Source: Patescibacteria group bacterium UBA3466
GTDB lineage: Bacteria > Patescibacteriota > Minisyncoccia > Phycocordibacterales > UBA918
Assembly (NCBI GenBank): GCA_002378195.1
Contig: DFRJ01000002.1
Location: forward strand, 270,816-327,676
Direction: 5' to 3'
DNA length: 56,861 nucleotides
The notes below the pieces were generated by a model that had not been told where the DNA came from, did not search any database, and worked only from the letters and a program-made list of their open reading frames with translations. The position numbers were made by a program, and so were the translations under genes. Below are positions 9,296 to 20,000 of this stretch, one piece after another. Position 1 is the stretch's first letter; each line of letters opens with the position of its first letter.

Positions 9296-10368
9296 GCAAT
9301 TTCAATTTCATCGGCTGAGACAGAATTTTCGTTTACGATGTACTGATTATAAATTTCGAGCAGAACAATAAATAGCGTTACAATAACTGGACCAATCACA
9401 AAGCCTATCGGCCCCATCAAAGCGATGCCGCCCAGTACTGAAATCAGGATAATAAATGGATGCAGGTTATTGCCTCTACTCATTAGATAAGGACCAATGA
9501 AGTTGTCGACCATACCGACAATCAGTACTGCCCAAATTAGCAGGATAAAGCCGCTTACCATTTGCCCTGTAGCGAATAGATAGATAATGGCTGGCACATT
9601 TACAATTGTTGTGCCGACTCCTGGAATCAGCGCCCCGACTGAAGCCACCGAGCCCCACAGTGCAGCTCGATCAATTCCGACTAAGGTAAATCCAAGAGCA
9701 ACCAGTGACCCCTGAATGATGGCCACCAAAACCGTACCGGTAGCCACGGCGCGGACCGCTGTAGCCAGGCGATGCAAAATAATCCGATCCTCGTCGTCAG
9801 GTAAGGGGCTGGCCTTTATGACCAATTGCAGCAACTCCGCCCCGTCCCTAAAGAAGTAGAAAGATCCGATTAATGATATGAAAAAGATAAATATTGTCGA
9901 GACAGTTCCGGCAAAAATAGCCCCGAGATTACCGGTGATCCACTCAGCGCTAGATTTTATCTGCTCAGCTAGATTAAGTTCAAAATTGGGAGCGATTGTC
10001 TGCAGACTTGCCTCAATACCTGCTATTTGTGCCTGAATGGAACCTGTATCAGTGTCCAGATCTTGGTAGAAATTCACAATTTCACCCACCACCAAGGAAG
10101 ACATGAGGACCAGAGGAAGGATGATTACGGTAAGTACCACCAAAGTGGAAACCAGTGCGGCGATTGATTTGTTTTGTTTGGGAACCCTAGCTTTAATCTT
10201 CTCATACAAGGGCTGGCAAATTGTCACGATTATAATAGATAGGGCTAGCGCAGTTAAAAATGGCGCCATGATAAGCCAGACCATGTACCCAGCTAAAATT
10301 AACAAGCCAAAGAAAAATACGTACTCAACAACTCGACTTAATTGCATTACTGATATTATACAGCACAA
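9292..10368 (-). CDS. AI-2E family transporter (PerM/UPF0118-type permease)
   Basis: 358 aa with about 8 hydrophobic helices and the length and layout typical of the family. An alternative start is M8 at 10347. Confidence 0.8.
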   Translation of the reverse strand: MCCIISVMQLSRVVEYVFFFGLLILAGYMVWLIMAPFLTALALSIIIVTICQPLYEKIKARVPKQNKSIAALVSTLVVLTVIILPLVLMSSLVVGEIVNFYQDLDTDTGSIQAQIAGIEASLQTIAPNFELNLAEQIKSSAEWITGNLGAIFAGTVSTIFIFFISLIGSFYFFRDGAELLQLVIKASPLPDDEDRIILHRLATAVRAVATGTVLVAIIQGSLVALGFTLVGIDRAALWGSVASVGALIPGVGTTIVNVPAIIYLFATGQMVSGFILLIWAVLIVGMVDNFIGPYLMSRGNNLHPFIILISVLGGIALMGPIGFVIGPVIVTLFIVLLEIYNQYIVNENSVSADEIEIA

Positions 10369-10398
10369 TCAAACAATCGAGAAAGATAGTCTAATGTC

Positions 10399-10980
10399 CT
10401 ACTTCGAGGACTGGGCTGCCTCAATATTTCTCCTTATTTCATGAACGGATGATGGTCCTCTTTTATGCACCACCAATTTGCCTCGCTCATCGTAGTAAAC
10501 CGTCTCGGGCATATTGAAGCCAGCAATTGAATCAAAGTAGCGATCGTCAGCATCTAATACCAGCTGAATGTCTTCGGATATCTCAAAGGCATCCAAGAAG
10601 CTCTTGGCTGTGCTGCCTGGCTCAGCCCGATTAATGGCTAAGAAAACCACTTCGTCACTGGAGTACTCTTTCGATACATTGTTAAGGAGTGGAAGCTCAA
10701 TAGCTGAGGCTGGGCTCCAGCTAGCCCACGAATTAACAACAATAACTTTGCCAACATAGTCCGACAAACTAACCACGTTGCCATTCAGGTCTGTGTACGG
10801 AGTTTGTCCTGGCGCCACACCAAGAGCCAATTCGGCATCACTGACAGTCACTGAATCTTGATCATTAATCCTAACTTGATATGTAAAGTAGCCAAACAAA
10901 ACAATAATTAAGAGAATTATTGCCAGAGTGATGGCTGTATCGCGCTTAACCAGGTTCATACTTTTATTTAACATCTTCAA
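10399..10980 (-). CDS. TlpA/ResA-like thioredoxin-fold protein, membrane-anchored, lacking both active-site cysteines
   Basis: 193 aa with an N-terminal TM. KVIVVNSWASWSPASAIELP aligns with the canonical FWATWCPPC motif. The C-terminal part (MPETVYYDERGKLVVHKRG) is typical of redoxins. Downstream alternative starts exist at 10974 and 10959. Confidence 0.75.
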   Translation of the reverse strand: MKMLNKSMNLVKRDTAITLAIILLIIVLFGYFTYQVRINDQDSVTVSDAELALGVAPGQTPYTDLNGNVVSLSDYVGKVIVVNSWASWSPASAIELPLLNNVSKEYSSDEVVFLAINRAEPGSTAKSFLDAFEISEDIQLVLDADDRYFDSIAGFNMPETVYYDERGKLVVHKRGPSSVHEIRRNIEAAQSSK

Positions 10981-11419
10981 CTGGTACCTCTACACCATCT
11001 ACTACGGCACGGATCTTATGCACCTGTCTAACTGGTAATCCCACAGTAAAACTTCGGTTTTCAGGTCGATCAATATATGAAGGGTCACAGCTTGGCTGAT
11101 TAATGACAGAAAAACTGAGTACGACATCGATTTCGGGCTCATAATTGATAGCTGGAGTCAGGGTTGATTGCTGGCAATCTGTTAGAGGGCCGATCGTACC
11201 GGTTAGCTTTGTAGTTCTTGTCCCAGACACTTCCACTGCATGCAGCACTACTCCTACAGAGTCTGATTGCTTCCCTTCAGCCTCAGGTTTAGTGCCTGCA
11301 ACCAAAGCTACGTTCTGCGTTGCGTTCATTTCGGATTGTTTAAGGTGAGCATAAACGAACATTCCAAAAATAAGTAGCACAAACAACACGGAGATTAGAA
11401 TGATTGATTTTTTATCCAT
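10964..11419 (-). CDS. hypothetical membrane-anchored protein
   Basis: 151-aa ORF with an N-terminal TM (SIILISVLFVLLIFGMFVYA) and a beta-rich ectodomain containing 2 Cys. Confidence 0.6.
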   Translation of the reverse strand: MDKKSIILISVLFVLLIFGMFVYAHLKQSEMNATQNVALVAGTKPEAEGKQSDSVGVVLHAVEVSGTRTTKLTGTIGPLTDCQQSTLTPAINYEPEIDVVLSFSVINQPSCDPSYIDRPENRSFTVGLPVRQVHKIRAVVDGVEVPVEDVK

Positions 11420-11436
11420 ACATCGATTATACTATT

Positions 11437-13095
11437 CTATTGTACAGCATTTTGTATATCGCGTCCGACGTAAACTGTGATCGGCGCATCGTCCTCATTT
11501 AAGCTATCAAAGGCTGAGGTTAAAGCGCCGAACAGTGTTTGACTCAAAACAGCTGCCTGCTCAGAAAATTCAGTTGAATACACAATCACGGTATTAACCT
11601 CTTGAGCACCCAGATCATTACTTACATCAACGACCTCATAACCCTCTTGTTCAAGGCGCAATCGCACATCCGCTGCTAACCCCGCTACCCCACTTCTATT
11701 AACAATAGATATTTTTGGCAAGGATTCATCTTTCGCAATCGGTAAGCTGGTTCCTTCGCGCAGTTCCTGATATCTCACCTCTTCCGAAGTAATAGTGACA
11801 TCCTCGCTTAGGCCATCAATTGTTACATCATATGGACGACTTGTTTGCGACGCAGATTTGATATATGAAACTACTATCAGGATAAACACCAATATGAGCA
11901 CGAGGACCAGGAAGAAGATACGGTAATTTCTAATAAATCTACCGATGGTTCCGAGCTTGCTAGATATATCAGGTGAGCTTTGCCATTGACCTCGCAAATC
12001 CAGCATATCAGCTTCAATTGGAGCCACGACGGATACTTTTCTTCTGGTCTGTGACGCCGCTGGGGTTGGTGAGCCTGCATCAGCATGCAAACCAGCCATG
12101 GACAGCATTCGTCTAACATACAACCTGATTGCCCAAGAAACTATATACACAAAGATGAACAGACCGATCAGCACACCGAGAATAATCTGCCAAGGAATCA
12201 CCCAAAAATGAACCTCCTGAGCTGCAAATTTGCGCCCGGCTTCACCATAAGCAAGCGTGACTTCAGCCTTATATCGGCCCATGTCACCAAAAGATTGTTC
12301 GCTCTTCCAGGTAAAATTGTATTTTCTAACACTTTCCGGAAGAACATTACCAAATAAGTTGGTTTGGTTAATTGGTATCAATCCCCTTTCTTGACCCCAC
12401 ATATTGGTGATGCGAATTTCACCCTGCGGGATAATATGAACGTTACCAGTATTTTCAAATCTTAATTCGAAGTTGACCTCAGGCTTGTCATGAATCGCAT
12501 TACTAGTTCTAAACGACCTGATGTTTCCTGACTCTTCAATATCACCTGTTACTCGAAGAAACAAAAGTGTGGTAACTATTTGCGAGGTAATCACTTTTGA
12601 ACCCTCTGAACCTTCAGGTGGCTTAGTACCAATCAATACAGCTGCAAAATGGCCTCCCGGAGGCGCATCATCCGGGACAGTAATGGTAAATGGTAATTCT
12701 ATTGTTTGCTCTGCTGGAATAGTTATTTGACCCTCTCTAATATCGACCCACTCAGCCATAGTTTGACCTTTTGTTTCCTCCTCAATGACTGGCACAAACT
12801 TACCTTGGCCTGACTCGCCCTGTGGTGCAAAGTTAACCACGTCTGCAAACACGTTAATGTCGTATGGATTTGGATTAATTACTCTAACAATACTGGTCCA
12901 CTCTTGAGCTGGATAGGCAGACATATCAAATAGTGTCGGAGAAACACTCAAAGACAACCCGCTTTGCGCAAAAACATTACCGAGCGGAGCAAGTAGTAAT
13001 AAGGCCGCAAGTAGTACGCAAATTATTTTATTCTTTAGGTTTAAGGTTGATATCATGGTCTTTCGGTTCAGGGTCGTGATTACCTTCTCTAACAA
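11437..13095 (-). CDS. CscA/DUF916-like two-beta-sandwich surface protein fused, after a TM segment, to a LytR_C-like domain
   Basis: 552 aa with a signal peptide (likely true start M14 at 13056: MISTLNLKNKIICVLLAALLLLAPLGNVFA). AEWVDIREGQITIPAEQTIELPFTITVPDDAPPGGHFAAV and FENTGNVHIIPQGEIRITN...GRYKAEVTLAYG are paralogous to the 341-aa and 317-aa ORFs. There are two TM segments. The C-terminus KISIVNRSGVAGLAADVRLRLEQEGYEVV...VIVY is LytR_C-like. Confidence 0.8.
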   Translation of the reverse strand: MLEKVITTLNRKTMISTLNLKNKIICVLLAALLLLAPLGNVFAQSGLSLSVSPTLFDMSAYPAQEWTSIVRVINPNPYDINVFADVVNFAPQGESGQGKFVPVIEEETKGQTMAEWVDIREGQITIPAEQTIELPFTITVPDDAPPGGHFAAVLIGTKPPEGSEGSKVITSQIVTTLLFLRVTGDIEESGNIRSFRTSNAIHDKPEVNFELRFENTGNVHIIPQGEIRITNMWGQERGLIPINQTNLFGNVLPESVRKYNFTWKSEQSFGDMGRYKAEVTLAYGEAGRKFAAQEVHFWVIPWQIILGVLIGLFIFVYIVSWAIRLYVRRMLSMAGLHADAGSPTPAASQTRRKVSVVAPIEADMLDLRGQWQSSPDISSKLGTIGRFIRNYRIFFLVLVLILVFILIVVSYIKSASQTSRPYDVTIDGLSEDVTITSEEVRYQELREGTSLPIAKDESLPKISIVNRSGVAGLAADVRLRLEQEGYEVVDVSNDLGAQEVNTVIVYSTEFSEQAAVLSQTLFGALTSAFDSLNEDDAPITVYVGRDIQNAVQ

Positions 13096-14053
13096 ACATT
13101 ATAACCTCTTCTCCATGTTCGTCATCTATCACACCGGTTGAGAAGGCTCTTCTAAGAAGTAGAGTAATAACTATAATGGTCACTAGGATGGCTGCAAAAA
13201 CTGCCAGCAGCATATGAATAGGCATGAGGTAGAATGATGCGGAATCGAACAGCGAAGCTGCCTGATTGGTACCGTAGGTTAAGGATATATTCGCCTTGAA
13301 TCTACCCAAATTTTCATCCAGTGGCACTGAGCCTGTAAGAGTTTTCGATTCGCCAGGCTCAATAACGACACCCTCTTCATTAAAGGGAGTCGCATTGATC
13401 TCTACTCCTCGTGAGTCATAGAAGATGATCTCTCCCTGCGGTGCAGATGGGAGCTCTCCTGTATTTTCGATCACCACTTCGATGTCTCGCTTTTCATCGT
13501 TAGTGATAAAACGCTCAATTAAAAAACCGGAGATTTTCATACTGTCAGACCGATTGTCTGCAATAGTAATTTTTAGAATTACACCGTCTGCCTCGCCTTT
13601 CATAGCAGCTGCTTCGGCTAAGGGACGATTGGAAGTTGGTACGAAGCCAACAAATGCGTAGTATTCGCCAGGTTGCGCAAAAGGATTAACTCTTACTGTA
13701 ATTGGAACTTCGACGGATTCGCCCGGGTTTACCTCAATACGTGATCTCTTTACCTCAATCCAACTAGTCACGGTATTAGTGCGATCGGTCATTACCGGTG
13801 AAATGAACTCTTTTATTTCACCCTCCTTATCAATTGATATTTCATTTACCGTGGCGAAGAACCTAAGCTTCGCATGAGGTTCATTGTTGGTTAGTACAGC
13901 CGTTTCTGTATTGATCTGCCGAGCATCTAGAGTCATATCCATCAAGAAAGGCCTGATGGTGTGATCTTGCGCTGCGTAACCATGAGATGCATGCACCAAT
14001 AATAGTGTCATGACTAAGATGAATCTGAGTATTATTTTCACGTCTATAATCAT
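13028..14053 (-). CDS. CscA/DUF916-like two-beta-sandwich surface protein with C-terminal TM anchor
   Basis: 341 aa with a signal peptide. It carries TSWIEVKRSRIEVNPGESVEVPITVRVNPFAQPGEYYAFVGF and IENTGELPSAPQGEIIFYD...GRFKANISLTYG, then the TM LLAVFAAILVTIIVITLLL. Confidence 0.8.
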   Translation of the reverse strand: MIIDVKIILRFILVMTLLLVHASHGYAAQDHTIRPFLMDMTLDARQINTETAVLTNNEPHAKLRFFATVNEISIDKEGEIKEFISPVMTDRTNTVTSWIEVKRSRIEVNPGESVEVPITVRVNPFAQPGEYYAFVGFVPTSNRPLAEAAAMKGEADGVILKITIADNRSDSMKISGFLIERFITNDEKRDIEVVIENTGELPSAPQGEIIFYDSRGVEINATPFNEEGVVIEPGESKTLTGSVPLDENLGRFKANISLTYGTNQAASLFDSASFYLMPIHMLLAVFAAILVTIIVITLLLRRAFSTGVIDDEHGEEVIMFVREGNHDPEPKDHDINLKPKE

Positions 14054-14058
14054 AACAT

Positions 14059-17000
14059 CTAGAATACCGGGACGGCTACATAATTAATGTTGGTTACATA
14101 ATCACCAGCCGGCTGATCTACACCGACTCGCATACGATAAATGATTGTTTCTGTATCGTTGGTAGGCACCGAGCTAAACATGATTTCACTTAATGATGTA
14201 CTGGCGGCAGCATAAGAATCAGTTGGTGAAAAACGACTGGAAGAGTTCTCTAGGGTTGCGTCGGTGGTGTGGTAGCCGAAGCAACTAGTTGTCATAAGTG
14301 GACACCCAGCAATCCAACTGACAGGCGCGGCATTTGTGCCTGAGATTGGATCAATTGTATTGCCGGATGAATCGGTTGGCTGCTGGTCTATATACTTGTA
14401 GACTGAATACCCTTCTGTCGCATTAGTGTTTACATTAATTTCTTGCGCCACTTCAACATCTGTATTAAACGGCAAAGATCCGAAATCAATAGTTGTCGCC
14501 GTTGAGGTAGCGTCAGTTGTTACACCAGCAACTGAAGTCTCTGCATCGACTCCGTTTACGGTAAATACTAACGCCGTACTCTCACCAGCCAAACTTGGAT
14601 CTGACGAGCTGGCTGCGATTACTTCGTCATTAGCCAGATCGTAGAGACGGAAATAATAAACCTGACCAAACTTTCTCGGCACATTTGTATACTGCAAGGT
14701 GAATTCGTATTCTTTATCTTCATTACCCAAATGATCTATGCCAGTGAGATACAAGTCACTCTCTTTATGTGAGCCGCAACCAGCTCCGACTCCTCCCACG
14801 CATGATTCAGAGCCAGCCAGTAACGCCGTGGTGATGGGATCATTATCAGTATCGACACCATCGTAGTAACACCACACTGAATTCGCTAAACAGCTTGATG
14901 TAGAAACCACGTCCTGAACATCTGAAAAATCGGGACTCTCTGCAAATTGGACTTTGAATGAGGCGTCCGTCTGCGGTAGATTCTTAATTTCGTCTAGAGT
15001 TACTCGTAGCTTCACCGCATTACCCTTCTCTACGTTAGTTGGCGCAACCTCAAAACCAGCCAGTGGTGATAAAGGCGTCTCGTTTGTTTCGTCGTCGTAC
15101 CAGCGCCAGCCGTCGACCACTGGTGTATAGCCATCAGTCCTAAGCTCTGGGTAGAAGAAGTAACCTTCAAGCAGGGAGTCGTCAGATCTAATCATCCTAA
15201 AGCAGTAGGTAGTTCTCTGACTGGCTCCATTGTGCTCAATGATCCAGTCGTACTCAATATCTTCACCTTCAAATACTGCAAATTCATTTGTTGCGGCTGG
15301 ACCACTTTCCACATACCTACCAGCTCTGTTAGATACAGATAAGAGCAAATCGCCCCCCGTTGGTGGATTACCCGATAATGAATCGCCATCTGTTACCCCG
15401 GCAGCATTAAATCCTCGCCATATTTCACCGCTAGCTGGCGCGCCAACATCTGACCAAACAGTAACTGCGGTACAGGTTGTAACTAGGGGCGCGTACTGCA
15501 GCTTCACTTCGAGATAGTCAGCTGGCAATGTTGCATTTGACACACGGGCTGACATCCTTAGTCGTACCGTATCTCCATCAATGAGAGGTTCATCAGTCGC
15601 AGTTATTGACGTTAATTCACCAAGATCGACTGCGCCGGCTGGCCAAGGATCGGTTGGGGTCAAAGCATCATTATCAACATAGAATCTGTAATAATTCTGA
15701 CGCACAGCAAGATCAGCAGCTGGCCATTGGACTACTTCTGTTCTGTATATGACAGAATTTCCGGTATCGCTCCGCCACAGTTCATATGATGAGGTTGAGA
15801 CTATTTCAAATCCTGCTAAGACTCTGGGAAATTGATTACCAACGGAATCAAGGGCTGTATTGGCGAATATCGAAGCGTTATCTGTGTCGTTAATTGGAGT
15901 TGCAATTGGAAGCGTAATAGTTAGTGGTTCAGCTCCCCCAGTTGGTGAACTACCATTGCTTCTTTGCACAAACATCTCTCCAGTGCCGGTTTGTAGATTC
16001 TCAATCACCCAAGCAACTGAGGTGTGTGTCACTCCAGTTGTTGTGGCGCTGGAAACTAATTGATATGAAACTGCACCGATGCTAGACAGCCACACCTCAT
16101 GACCGAAGTTCGCCATTGAAATATCTCCATCATAACGTTTCTGAGTATGTAAAAAGGTTCTAGCTAGACTATTAACCGCCGTTATACTTTCGACTTGAGG
16201 AGTACCAACATCTGTATACTCGTGCTCTGATCTCTGCACTCTCCAGTTAAGACCGGTAAACTCGATTACGGCATAACTAACAGAACCGGTATTGGCGCCT
16301 GTTGCTCCGCGTTGGAGGACCGGCTCATCAGTACTAGCTGACCAAGCAGCAGTCGATTGATGAGCGTAACCTTCATTTCTAGTACCACCAGTATGGAGCT
16401 GGCCAGTAATAAACACCGCGACATCTGCATCGTCTGAGATGCCAGCTACGGCTGTTCCGGTTGCTATAGTGTCGGTTGTTCCGTAAGAGACTACTCCTTG
16501 ATCACGCACCACCATTTCATTGTCTCCGCCGACTGGTCCGATATATTCTACGATTTCCCACGAAACAAAAGTGTTGCTGACCGAGTCTGTGTCGCGAGAT
16601 ATTGTAAAGCTAGTTTCAATATTTTCCGGATCTAAAATATAGGCGGCGTAATCATCAGTGTTTTGATTACCAATACTGGCCGCATCACGACCTGAGCCTG
16701 TGTGATGCGAATTTACAATGCGAACGAACGCACTAGTAGAGGCAGAGGGAGCCGTATAGTCTACCCCAGCAGTTAGGGTGAGACCGGTCCCAGACACCAA
16801 ATTTGAGCCGCGCTGCACCCGAAAATCTCTTTTTGCTTCTATTACGACTTCCGCGTATTGCTGATAACTAGGCAATGGACTTCCATTGGCTGTAACCCGG
16901 AAACAATACTCAGATTCATAAGGTGTATCGATAGTTGACTGGATGGAATATTCAAGATCAACATATTGATTCTCCGTTAAAGTGGTTGAGGCGGAGTAAG

Positions 17001-20000
17001 AATCGGTTTCTACGATACCTCCATTAGGAGACAAAAACGAACTATTCTCGTCACTCACTCCTCCATTCGCCACAGCAATATCGGTGGTATCATTTCCATC
17101 AGTTAAATTGCCAGAATTATACATATCCCAATCAATCCCAACGCCAACCTCTGACCAAGTCACTATCGCTGCACAAGTTGACACCTTCTCACCGTATTCC
17201 AAGCCATAACTAGCTTCAGACGAAGATGTAGCTCCTTCATTTGAGAGACCGATCCTGAGTCTAATTGGCGAGCTCACACCATGATCCTCCAACACAGTAT
17301 CCTCTGCCCCACCCGTAGCTGAGCTGGCTAATGTTTCACTTCCGTCATCGTTGCGCCAATGATAATGAGACTGAGTAACTAACGCGCTAGCCAGTGTAGA
17401 AGAACCGGTAATGTCGACGACTGAAGATGGTGAAACCGAACCAGCAGCACTCACCACCACATCATCTGATGCAATAGCGATCGTGACATCAATTGTTTCT
17501 CCGTTTGATCCTGACTCACCAACATCCATAACTACATACGCGCACATGGTAGAGGTGGTACTAATAGACAGCACATCATTAAAGGTAGTTGAACCGTTAG
17601 CAGAACTAAAGGAAGCTGCGGTAGAACCAAACTGTGACTCACCACCACCATACGTCTCACTATTACAGTCGTATGGAGCTGACGTATCCAAATCATAAAA
17701 CAGCCTAATATCTGAGACATCAACTGAGGCGTCAATCGTGCCGGTCTCAGTGATAGTGATTCCAGTAACATTTCTGGTGGAGGCGTTTTCTGTAATGACA
17801 AAGGAGCCGCCGATATAAAAATCATCAGTGGGAATATCAACTGAGCCAGCCTGCGAACCTAGCGACGTAACGGTCACGTCTGCTTCAATAGTAGCCTCTG
17901 GATAGGCTGAGTAGCTAGGAAGTGGGGACCCAGCATCAGACAGTCTGAAACAGTAAGTGTTACCTTCCGTTGCAGTTGTTGAAGCAACAATTGAGTACTC
18001 GACTTCTGTCCAATTCGTAACCCCGAATGTTAAGGACCCGAGGGTGGAATTACTATCACGGAGACCACCATTTGGTGTTAAGAATACTGAATTTTCATTT
18101 GAGACACCACCGACTCCAATCCCAATGTCAGTTGTATCATCTCCATCAGCAAAATTAGCAGTAGCCGACAGGTTCCAATCATCGTCCACTGCCCCGACAT
18201 CGGTCCAGCCGGTTGCAAGCTCACAAGTTGAAGCTTTAAGGGCATACTCGAGCCGCAGCGATGTTGCGAGTGAAGAAGTGGAACCTTCATTAGACACACC
18301 AAATCTTAATCTGGCCGGGATCTCCTGCTGAATCGCTAACAAGGACGTATCTTCGACCCCACCAGTTCTTGAAGTTGCACCCGTTTCATTACCGTCATCA
18401 TTTCTCCAATGAAAATGTGTTTGAGTGAGGTCGGAATTAGCAATAGTGGTTGAACCAGTTAAAGACTGTGTTTCGGCAGGCTCTGCTGTGACTGATCCCG
18501 ATACCAAGATATCGGTAGCAGGATTTGACACTTCAATGTCAATCAAGTCACCATCTGAGGCACTTCCAGACACATCAAACAAAACATACAAGCACATTGC
18601 TTGAGTAGTTGTGATATTTACTGTGTCGCTGAAAGTTGACGTGCCGTCAGCACCAGAAAACCCGTCGGTGTCAGTTGCTCCAAATTGAGATTCTGCACCA
18701 CCAAAGGATTCACTCGCACAATCATATGGACTGGTGGTATCAAGATCGTACAAGATCTTCACATTGGACAGATCGTTCGCCGCATCCACTGTGCCGTTTT
18801 CACTAATTGTAATATTTGTAACATTCCTAGATCCAATATTTTCTTCAATGACAAATTGTCCTCCCACATACACGTCTGTTGTGCTGGCACGAACCTCCAC
18901 AGCCTGTGTACCTGAAGCCGACACGATTGTGGCGGGCGTTACATTGGCTACAGTTTCACCTATCACATCATCCAGATCGGCATCAAACCATGAGGCATAA
19001 ATACGGCGGTCTGACACGTAATTCATTGTGACTCCAAATATGTCACCGGATGAAGAGTTGATAGGTCCTTGTGCAGAGCCCCAAGATGTTGCTGCGGCAG
19101 TACTAGTTGCCCAGTAGACATCGGCAGTGCTTGCCGATCCAATTGTAGACCGGCGAGAATATGCCAGGTAAACAGTGTCAGAATTCTCATCTATTGCTAA
19201 CGATAGTGAGGTCAGGCCGCCGGTGTCATTGGTAACAAAATCAGATAAGTTGGACCACAAACCACTAGAGTATTTGGCGATTCTTATGTCGTGGTCGGCA
19301 GAGCTGTAGTTATTAGCATCAGCAATATAAGCCAGATATACATCCCCAGTTAACGGACTTCTGACTGCCGACATCTGGATATCGTAGGTGGTGTTCTCAA
19401 CTGCATTGGAATCAATCACGGACCACGAGGTATCCCAACTTGCTCCATCCCAAATCTTGGAACGAATGTCGTTTGCGGAGATATCTTTATTGATCAGCAT
19501 AATTTCTCCACTATCTAACGGCAGCAGAATTGTATTATCTTCATCCGCGTCCATGAATGTACCATCGCCGACTTCGGACCACGAACCAGATAAATTACAT
19601 GACGCAGAACACGAGACCACGAATCTATCAGCATTATCAGATACAGATATGAAAAGGTCCCCATCAGTACTTTTGGTTAATGAATGATTGGCAGTAGCAG
19701 CACTAATCGACATAGATCCCTGTGACAGCACGGCACTGACTGGTGATGAACCTAGAAGCAAAGTATCACTCGTCGTGTCTAATCTGTTGTACCAAATATC
19801 ATCATTCCCACTATCTAAGGTTGATATATGAATATAGTCACCTGTATCTCCAGGCGTCCATCTATCGTACCAGACATGCACGGCCTCGCAGTCTGTTTGA
19901 CCATCAACTAGCACTTCAGTGCCCCAACTAGCTCCACCGTCTGTGGTTTTACTATATACACACGTTCCGTTAGTACCAGTGCCTCCGGATCCATTTCTGT

